The notes under the pieces: model-generated | Databases searched by the model: none | Told to the model about the DNA's origin: nothing | Seen by the model: the letters and a program-made list of their open reading frames with translations, nothing else | Shown here: positions 53,883-64,000 of the stretch, piece by piece | Layout: the number at the start of each line of letters is the position of its first letter | Position numbering within the stretch: the stretch's first letter is position 1 | Made by a program: the position numbers and the translations under genes | NCBI GenBank assembly: GCA_951406725.2 | Contig: OX597819.1 | Coordinates: 75,454,001-75,518,000, forward strand | Reading direction: 5' to 3' | From: Octopus vulgaris | Lineage: Eukaryota | DNA length: 64,000 nt

Positions 53883-53984
53883 AGTCTATACACATATACA
53901 TGCATATAGATATAGAAATATATATGTCTGCATGTACGAACGTAGGTACGTACGTATGTATGCATTATGTATATATGTGTGTAA

Positions 53985-54047
<63 letters not shown>

Positions 54048-54199
54048 CACATATATTTATATGCATGTATACACACATACACACTGATTAAACTGAAGGA
54101 TTATTCACTACTTTTGATAGAGTAGAGTTGTGAGAGTGACATCGAAGTTTCCGCCCGTTAGTCTTCATTATAAGTGAGATTATGTATGTACGTAGACGT

Positions 54200-54500
54200 G
54201 GGACACGATTTTGTTGCTTGGTAGTTGAAATTTTACTCGAATGCACATCGTTTCAAAGAGATGGTTCTGTCTCATTTTCCTGAATATTTGTTGTTTTATT
54301 TCGTTTTTGGATTTGGTTTGCAAGATTCTTTATGTGAGTTCGTGTGTTGAAGCATATTCTGTTGTGTCTGGGGAGAATCATTTTCTTTTTGTGCCTTATA
54401 ATTTAACACACTCACCGGTAAAACTTCCATTTATTTCTTATTTTTATTTTCCTAAAAATTTTCGTTGCGTCTTGCAACCTTTTCAATAGTCTTGACTCTG
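54200..54500. mobile_element. Non-inverted relative of 32644-32882 with a hammerhead-like motif on the minus strand
   Basis: Shared sequence gcaagattctttatgtgagttcgtgtgttgaagcatattctgttgtgtctggggag; minus strand TTGAAAAG-gttgc aagac gcaac-GAAA at about 54452-54490. Confidence 0.55.
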
Positions 54501-55050
54501 TTTTAGTTGTTTTGGTTACAAAGCTATTTTCCCTCCCAAATATTGTATATATCTAACCGCTGCTACAGGTATTAGAACATGCTACTGATTTGAAAAATAA
54601 TTTACTTAGAGTAATTTTGTTAATTTGTACTGGCGTGGCTGTGTAGTAGACAGTTTACTTCCAAACCACATGGTTCCGGATTCATTATCGTCGTCGTCGT
54701 CATTATTATCATCATCTTTTTTGGCTTTTACTTTTACATGATTGCATTGCTCAGGCGAGAGTAAATTGCAGCAGAGTTTTCTAAAGCTGAATGCCTTTTC
54801 TGACGCCAAACCTAACTCTACTTTTCTCGGAATGAGGCAATAGTTTTTCAGTTTGTGGAATAACAAGCAGCCCAGGCATGTTCCCACTGTTGTCTGCAAT
54901 CAATCGACACCGCTTGCTTAGGTCATTGATTAGAAGCAGCAGGCATACGGGAAGACGGGGTGGAACACATGTACACAGTCGTACATACATATATGCTCCC
55001 TATCTCCGTCACTGTCACTGTGTCTGTCTGTATGTCTGTCTGTCTTTCTC

Positions 55051-55090
<40 letters not shown>

Positions 55091-55249
55091 ACACACACAT
55101 ACATGTGTTCACGGACGTGCTTCTGACAATTTCCGTTTATCAACTCCACTCACAAGGCTTTTGCTGATCTGAGGCTATAATAGAAGATCCTTTTGCCCAA
55201 TCTGTCACGCATGAGAACGTGGTTATGAAGCGAACCTACTGAAGATTGT

Positions 55250-55900
55250 CAGCACTTTTTTAAAGCAATTCATCCTAAAGATTGTGAATTTATGTGATTA
55301 CTTTTTAGGTGTCGATAAAAAAGCTGGAGTAAAATGAAAATTGCTGTTAGTGTATGTATATTATACCAAAATATATTAAACAGTTATAGCATTTACCATA
55401 AGAATATCTTCGAAGCATTTTGCATATATCCTGGAGAATCGATGTTGAGTAATGTTGAAGTCTTTGAGTTAGAAAATGCCGCAAGCGTATATGCTCTTTT
55501 GTGATGTTAGACTGAGGCTATGTAGCTCGTATGGAAGATGAAGAATGCTGAAGCATCTACTCTATGGAGAATATCTCCTTGCAAACTGCAATTAGGATAC
55601 AAGTGCTGCCTTAAATCTGATCTCAAAAATACAATTATTCATGTGGAAATTTGAGAAATAGTTGTAATAGGTAGCGCATTAAGAAAAGATGCAAGGAAAG
55701 GAAACTTGCATAGATATCAATACTTCAAATGTTCAACTGGCACCGTTTTTGTCAATATGTCTATGCAAGATATATAAGCCAAAGATAACCAATATTAAAT
55801 TTTCACCAGCTGAACGTGACATATATTTGTAAATCATGGAATGTTTTCTTTCTATTGGAGGTTTGAAAAGATACATGTATGTACACACTGCCAAATGTAA
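55250..55900 (+). pseudogene. Very degenerate RTE-clade LINE C-terminal region
   Basis: NVEVFELENAASVYALL; VARMEDE..LKHLLYGE; LKSDLK; C2H2-like remnant YICK..FLSIGGLKRYMYVH. Confidence 0.5.
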
Positions 55901-56104
55901 TGATTCTGCATTGCATTTAACTAAGAGGAGACATTTATGCAATACTAGAGGTAAAAACTACAAGGAAAAATTGAAAACTGTATCTCAGGGTACTTTATTC
56001 CTAAAAAAAAAAACGGCAGCTGGAATGCTTTTGATCGTAGGTCTAATTCAAAAGGATGATAATAAGCACCACGCACGAAGTACATATACAGTACCAGAAC
56101 ACAC

Positions 56105-56191
<87 letters not shown>

Positions 56192-56694
56192 CATACACAC
56201 ACACACACACACACATTTATATGGTTTCAAATTTTGACACAAGACTAGCAATTTCGGGGATTACATCGACCCCAAAAAGAGAAAGGAGAAGAATATGCTG
56301 CAAACATAGTTAAGTAGTAAGCAATGGCTTAACTATAATTAAGAGAAATCATGCAAACTTTATGTAGTGGGCAAATGTGGAATAGAATTTGTACTTAGAT
56401 GAGAAGATTACGTCAGACGATCTATTGAGTAATGAGGAGATATGATGGCGAAGGATAGCGACACATCTTACAAACACAGTGGTTAGTATTGTGCTGAGAA
56501 GCTCCACAAGCTATGGACCAGGATAAGATATAGGGGATATTTTGGGATTTGAAGTGATGTATGTATTTAGCTAGAGGAGTAGGAAGCATAGAAGCTTCAT
56601 TTGAGAACGAATTCATGTGAGCCGGTAGTGGTATTCGATATCAACAGTACTGCCAATGTAGAGCCTAGCTTGGTGGGAACGTCTATATATATAT

Positions 56695-56820
56695 ATAAAC
56701 TTGCTTCCCAACCACATGGTTTCGGGTTCAGTCCCACTGCATGGTACCTTGGGCACGTGTCTTCTGTTTTAGAAGCCTTGTGAGTGGATTTGATACATAG
56801 AAACTGAAAAAAACCCGTCG

Positions 56821-56869
<49 letters not shown>

Positions 56870-57066
56870 ACACATACACTCGCACACACACGCAAATATC
56901 TGTGTATGTATTTGTGTATCTGTGTTTATCCCCCCACCATTGCTTGATAACCGATGTTGGTGTGTTTACGCCTTCGTAATCTAGCGGTTCGGCAAAAGGC
57001 CCCGATAGAATAAATCCTAGGCTTATAAAGAATAAGTCTTGGGGTCAGTTTTGAAACAAGTAAAAG
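56695..57066 (+). mobile_element. SINE family C with internal (CA)n
   Basis: Matches 39558-39994. Confidence 0.8.
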
Positions 57067-57363
57067 TATATGTGTGTGTATGCATGCGTATGTGTGTGTG
57101 CGTGTGAGTATACATATACATATCTACACATAACCATATGTACATAAGTATACGCATATATACATACAAATATATACATACTCCTATATAAACGTGTGTG
57201 ATAAAGGCTGGTTCACTGAAACTTCGGAGTCACTGTGAAAAATATTTCCTTTTTAAAAATGAATATACGTACATGTTATCCCCTTGAAAAGTATTAAACG
57301 ATCTTTCAATTTAACGTTAAGCAGCTTTAATATATAACTTTAGATAAGAACAACAAACATTCA

Positions 57364-57484
<121 letters not shown>

Positions 57485-57679
57485 CTCTGTCCGTCCGTCT
57501 AACTGTCAGCCTATGACATACCATATAATAATATATTATATAATAATATAAGATGGCAAGCTCAGCATATTATTTTGTTAAAGATTGTATATAGGATCAC
57601 ATCGCAATGCAATCTTTACTAGTTATATTTACATTCCTGTATCGATTATATAATATATGACTTTCTGTACCTTACGTAT

Positions 57680-57688
57680 ACATACATA

Positions 57689-57735
<47 letters not shown>

Positions 57736-58030
57736 TATACATGTGTATATAAATATAAATATAAATAAATATATATATACATATATATATATATATGTAT
57801 ATATATATATGTATATATATATATATGCATATATATGCATATATATATGCATACATATGCATATATATATGCATATATATGCATATATATATATGCATAT
57901 ATGTGCATATGTATATATATATATGCTTATATATGCATATATATATATATATATGCTTATATATATATATATATATATATATATGCTTATATATATATAT
58001 ATATATATATGTTATATATATATATACATG

Positions 58031-58098
<68 letters not shown>

Positions 58099-58367
58099 CA
58101 CACACACTGGCGTTTGTGCACACTAGATAGACCAGAGTGTAGTGCACATTAACTGAACGCCAATGATATGTTTAAATATCCGATCGCACTCTAATGTGAT
58201 ATTTTTCTCCTTCTAATTCCGTAATTGATCAACACTCTGCTATGTAGTGCATTTCAGCAATATTTCACCATTACACTTACCATTTCAGTTTGATTATACA
58301 TCATAATGTGATATTTACTCAGATTTTCCCCATTCGCTTTGTGTGAGTATATGTTTACATGCGTGTG

Positions 58368-58399
<32 letters not shown>

Positions 58400-59108
58400 T
58401 GTATGTATGTATGTATGTATGTATGTATGTATGTACGTATGTGTGTATGTATGTATCTATTTATGTATGTATGTATGTATGCATGTATACGTTATGTGTG
58501 TATGTATGCATATATTTGTGTATGCACGTGTATGTTTGTATATGTGTATGCATGTATATATATGTTATGCATGTATCTAATATATTTTCCTATAAGTGTA
58601 CATGTGTGCGTGTGCCCGCATATATGTGTGTGTGTGTGTCCCTTGTGTGCCCGCGTATATATATATATATCCATACGTATCAATGTATGTAAAGTACACA
58701 CACACACATGTAATTTTATACTTCATATTTGTCTAATATATATTGCATAATCTAATCCGATCGAATCGCCATCTCTCCCCCTCTTTCTCCCTCCCCCTCT
58801 CTCTATATGTGTATATATATATGCCTATGTATGTATGTATGTATGTATATATATATATATATACACACACATATACATATATATATACATATACATATAC
58901 ATATTTGATATATGTATATATATATATATACACATATATATGTATATATATATATATACACATATATATATACGTATATATATATATATACGTATGCATA
59001 TATGTATACATATATACATATACATATATATATATACATATATACATATACATATATATATATATACACATATATACATACATATACATATATATATATA
59101 CATATATA

Positions 59109-59141
<33 letters not shown>

Positions 59142-59161
59142 ACATATACATATACATATAT

Positions 59162-59196
<35 letters not shown>

Positions 59197-59229
59197 TATA
59201 TAGACACATATATATACATATATATATAC

Positions 59230-59264
<35 letters not shown>

Positions 59265-59767
59265 CAACCATATTACAGATACACAGAGGCACACTGACTC
59301 ACAAACATAATTGTAAATACGTATACAAGCACTCGCGCAAGTGTAAGCTGCAGTCCAATGCTATATTTTTACAGATTGGATAATATCTATAAATGTAATA
59401 TTTACAGACAATAGTGAGATGAAGTCCAATGCAAATAGTTGTGATGCTATTTTATAATACATTAATATGATTACATCTCTGCGGCAGATTGAAGTAATCA
59501 TCTCTCTGGTGTACATGAAAGATCACACCGAAATATATACTTCAAATAATCTAGTGATCACATGATCACATGCATAGAGCGCGAAGGGGAGAGTGAGAGA
59601 AGGAGAATATAAATATCTATCTGTCTATCTATCTATCTATATGTATATGTGCATATATACGAAAATAATACAATAAATTCCAGTCTTTGATTTGATATAC
59701 ATATACATAAACACATACACACACACATATATGTATGTATACATATATGTATGCATATACAAATATA

Positions 59768-59846
<79 letters not shown>

Positions 59847-60017
59847 CACATATATATATACATATGTATAAAAAGAGTACTCATAATACATATGTTTATA
59901 GTTTGCTACATGTACATTACACATATACACACATATGTACATATATGTATACATGTAATATATATGCGTATATATGTATATGTATGTATGTATATATATA
60001 TATATATGCGTATATAC

Positions 60018-60054
<37 letters not shown>

Positions 60055-60457
60055 CATACATAATATATATATATATATATATATATACACGCACATATAC
60101 ACACACATACACGCACATATACACACACATACACGCACACACGCATATATTGATTGATACAGAGGGAAGCACACATACATAAACAATTACAAACATATAA
60201 CTTGGGTATATATACCTTCCCACATCAGTTATAGCATATACTGAATGGTACCCATCTCTCTCTCTCCATATCATTATCTATCCATTAAGACTTGTGCACG
60301 TGTATCTGTGTGTCTGTGTGTATACTCGTATGTGTATGCGTATGGTTGGGCTGACGGAGCAATCATATAACATTCTTCGCACTTCGCCACACTCGTGTAA
60401 CGGATAGGTTTATATTTCCACGCATAAATCACATCGCACTAAAACATATACACTACG

Positions 60458-60509
<52 letters not shown>

Positions 60510-60530
60510 AACAAGCACAAACACAAACAC
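57680..60530. repeat. ~2.8-kb field of compound (TA)n, (TATG)n, (TACATA)n and (CA)n microsatellites
   Basis: Directly visible; explains the many I/Y/H/T-rich ORFs. Confidence 0.95.
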
Positions 60531-60539
60531 ATATATATA

Positions 60540-61410
60540 GACAAGGTGTTCGGGTTGAATCTGTCAGTTTGCACAACAGGAAAGAGAACGCAATATTCCA
60601 CCCAAAAACGAAAGTACTTTTAAAAATCAAAAAGTGTTAAATAGATTCTGACAATTTACTGAAGGTAGCCACCCTCGGCTTCCAATACAGCTCCATGACA
60701 GCTCCGAAGTCTGACGCATGTGTTCCTCACTTTGTCTCTGAGAAGATTTTTTTATCGACTTCTTGATCTTGGCCACCAGCTCGACCTTGGTTTTGCAGGC
60801 AGAGCAGTTTATGTCTTTCTCAACCGCGCTCCACGCATAGTAATACATGGGGTTATAATTGGGGTAATTAGGGACTGGTGCAGTTGTTGAAATTCTCCGA
60901 CAACCACAGCTAGCTCTTTCTGTAGATATGGCAAGGAGCCGAATCCTTCTGCTGCACATATGGCCTTCCAGCAACAACCGTCTCCAGCCATGGTTTGACC
61001 TAAGTCTCCAAAGTTTCACGTAGCCGTTTGATCGAGCTTAATTTACCCTGTTCAAAGCTGTAGGTGGCAAAGATGTAGGTGGCAAAGATGTAGGTGGCAA
61101 AGATGTAGGTGGCGTCACCCTCACTGGAAACGCACAAAGACCATCACAGTTTTAGGGTAAGCTAGTTTTCATGGTATCCATGTCACGTCTTGCAGTATTA
61201 TCAATGTTCACAAAGCGTTGAGCAGCAGTCATGATGTCGGCATTTTGATACCCGGCGCGAATCATGGTGATAAAGGTAACTCTTTTCCAATATTCGGATG
61301 GCTTCCAGTCCTTCATGTCAACTACAACTTTAATCTCTATAACCAACTACAACTTCAATATTTATGCTCTCCAACACCGTTAGCTGTTCACCAAGCTGTT
61401 CCTGTACAAA
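60540..61410 (-). mobile_element. Internally deleted maT-like Tc1/mariner relic
   Basis: Minus-strand pieces MKDWKPSEYWKRVTFITMIRAG; PWLETVVAGRPYVQQKDSAPCH; PNYPNYNPMYYYAWSAVEKDIN...KVELVAKIKK. Confidence 0.7.
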
Positions 61411-61422
61411 AGGAGACATAAA

Positions 61423-61524
<102 letters not shown>

Positions 61525-61820
61525 TTATGCATTATATGTTTATACAATGTATATGTCTTTGTATATATGTGTGTCTTTGTATACATGTATGTATATACAT
61601 ATATATGCCCTCAGCATGATCACAAACTTAGGACTGAAACATAAAAAAAATAAAAGAATACATATGAGAAAAATACATAGCGCCAAGATAAGTAGAATAA
61701 TATGGTAAACTTACGAGCGTGTGCTTTTTGTAAGCACACAATTCAATCACGTTCTGAAAAGCAGACTCTGTGTTTAAATCGTAGATTTTATTATTTTTGT
61801 TCAGAAAAAAAAAAAGATTG

Positions 61821-61860
61821 TTGCGACTAGTTTCAGTATTTATTAATGTTTCATCAGAGA
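61821..61860 (-). ncRNA. Minimal hammerhead-like motif with intact core and decayed stems
   Basis: CTGATGA-aacattaataaatact-GAAA-CTAG-TC: palindromic actagt stem III and GUC triplet; stem I poor. Confidence 0.45.
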
Positions 61861-62679
61861 TAGATTAATTATTTCTGTTCATAGAAAAAATTGAAAGCAT
61901 ATCGCTAATTATAGTTCTTACCACTTCTGACAGAACTGAACTGGTCTGCTGAATTCGAATAATAATCAGTAAATATAGTTCATAAAATAATTATCTGATG
62001 ATCTATATTCATATGCTATATGGAAGATAACAAATCTCGTAATGAAGCTTTTGAATGCAACACGAAAACTGATACATATCACAACTTCATACATACATAC
62101 ATACATACATACATACATACATACATACATAAATACATATATACAAACATACATACATGCATACATACTTGCACACATACACGCATTTCTATGTAATATT
62201 TGTATATGAATATGTGCATATGAATAATGTATTTATATATATCTACTTGACATACACACAAACACACACTCAGACACAAACATACGTGTATATATATATA
62301 TTTATATATATATATATATATACATATAAAAGGGGTTTGTATGATTGTCACAACATGGGACCGTGAAGAATGCTTAAATGCAAGAAAGTATACTAGTCCC
62401 TTAATATTTGATATTCAATATTTCATCTATTCAAGATGGCAATCAATACTTCATTTCATTTTACTGTATATACTATATATTCTACATTAATATTATAAAG
62501 AATATAAATAAGACATAAAAAACAGAGTTGGAATTCCTTTGAATAATATACACTCACGCACGCATACACACATACACACACGCGCGCGCGCGCACACACA
62601 CGCACATACATATATACAGAGGTAGAAAGGCAGATAAACATGTTAGGCTTAATGAGTATATTTACATGGAATACAAAGT

Positions 62680-63220
62680 ACAAAATACAAAATAAACAAA
62701 AGGAGCCATGTAATGCTCATATCTTGACAGCTGTTTCGGGTGAACCATGACTTATGCCGAACCACATTCATTACATAATAATAACCTGTGATGTATTAGG
62801 AATAAGTTCAACAGTTATGAATACGCTAGGCAAGGCCAGATTACCTTCATTGGAAGAATGTAGTTAAAAGCGTATTTTATTGCAGTGGAGGAAATAGAGT
62901 GGAGTGAGGTGGGGATAAGGAAAAAAATTAGGGAAAAAGACGAGAAGCGGGAATGGGGTGCGGTAACTAAAGCGGAATTAGTACTATGAAGACATCAGTT
63001 GACGATAGAGAAAAAAGAGATTATAAAGGAAGGAAGTGACCACGACAACAGGGAGGTCTGTCGAATGTAGACAGTAGTAGGGAATGAATGACTGTAGGTA
63101 GTAATGTTAGATAGCAGAGGTAAGTAGAGACTAAAAAAATACGGATGAAAATGACGCGTGCGACGGAGTAATCAAATAAGTATGCGGATCAGTAAATGGG
63201 GGGACGTATGGCGCGCTTAT
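62680..63220 (-). mobile_element. Probable Penelope-like terminal region with a long-stem-II hammerhead
   Basis: Minus strand tctt-CCAATGA-(~110 nt)-GAAA-CAGCTG-TC-aaga at 62718-62860, preceded by a pyrimidine-rich region. Confidence 0.5.
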
Positions 63221-64000
63221 AAGGGAGAGAGAGAGAGAGAGAGCAAGATAGAGAGAGCAAGAGAGAGAGAGAGAGAGAGAGAGAGCAAAGGGAGAAGAGT
63301 GAGAGAATTACGAGATTGTATAACAGTTATCTGAGGTAAGAATTTAAACTGGAAAAAAAAAAAGAAAAGGACGTTAGTTCTTACAGTAGAATTATAAGAA
63401 TTATGTATCTTTACATAATTACTTTATGCTGCATTTGGTGTACAATAGCGTCGTTGCTCACAAGATTCCTAAGAACCAAGTAAATGTTCACCTTATTTGT
63501 GTGTATATTTTTGGATGTGTGTTTCCGTGTGTATTTGAGAGTTCGTGCGTGTGCGCGTGTTTGTGCTTTAACGCGAGACCTACCATGTTAGAGGAATCCT
63601 ATGATCAAAGACATTCCAGCTGCAATCAACTTTTCTTTTCAGGAGTATCAAGGATTAAATATCCAATGTTTCTCTGTTTTTAGATGGTAGAGAGTAATTT
63701 GAAGGAGATTTGACTGCTATTTCTAAAATATCTTGCTCTTTAGCTCCGGACAACCACAGTCAAGCTACTTATAATCAAATACCCCCCAAACACGACCAAC
63801 CTGTTTTTGGAGCAGTATGGGGGACAAGGTTATCCAGTTTTCTTCTATAGTAGAGTGTAATTTGAGGAAGTTTTGACAGCCATTTCTAGCCGGTCGAGCA
63901 GTCGCAAAAAGATTCCTTTAAGTGTTGTATTTATGCGTTTTTGTTGATTAAGCTTAATGTCTGCTCTGATTTAATAGAACAAATGCGTTTCAAGTGCGAC

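Noticed and set aside
57629-60274. Many 100-180-aa ORFs rich in I/Y/M/C/H/T
   Set aside because: Translations of stop-free microsatellites; the same applies to most ORFs in the track.
61053-61112. Four 15-bp direct repeats caaagatgtaggtgg as a CRISPR-like array
   Set aside because: No spacers; a simple tandem duplication inside a decayed transposase in a eukaryotic genome.

Overview
Eukaryotic, AT-rich, microsatellite-saturated non-coding DNA. The SINE repertoire and repeat landscape strongly suggest an octopus (coleoid cephalopod) genome; this is an inference. I found no convincing host protein-coding exon, and almost all listed ORFs are translations of microsatellites. The window is a mosaic of transposon relics: a 3.6-kb 5'-truncated Tx1/L1-type LINE (12725-16302) plus a second 3' fragment (47477-47877); R4/Dong-like, CR1 and RTE LINE fragments; a Penelope-like RT/GIY-YIG relic; mariner/Tc1/pogo relics; MITEs; non-autonomous Helitrons; and at least four tRNA-derived SINE families. 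Three signals stand out. (1) Both Tx1 copies sit inside (TCTA)n arrays, one with a readable 23-bp target-site duplication, which suggests a (TCTA/GATA)n-specific retrotransposon. (2) Several short fold-back inserts lie between (TA)n tracts, some with hammerhead-ribozyme cores, including a perfect 124-bp palindrome (11433-11556) with a type I hammerhead fold on both strands. (3) Different retroelement clades appear to associate with different microsatellite motifs (Tx1 with TCTA, Dong-like with ACAT, Penelope-like with TA). All calls are by eye, and boundaries of degenerate elements are approximate.
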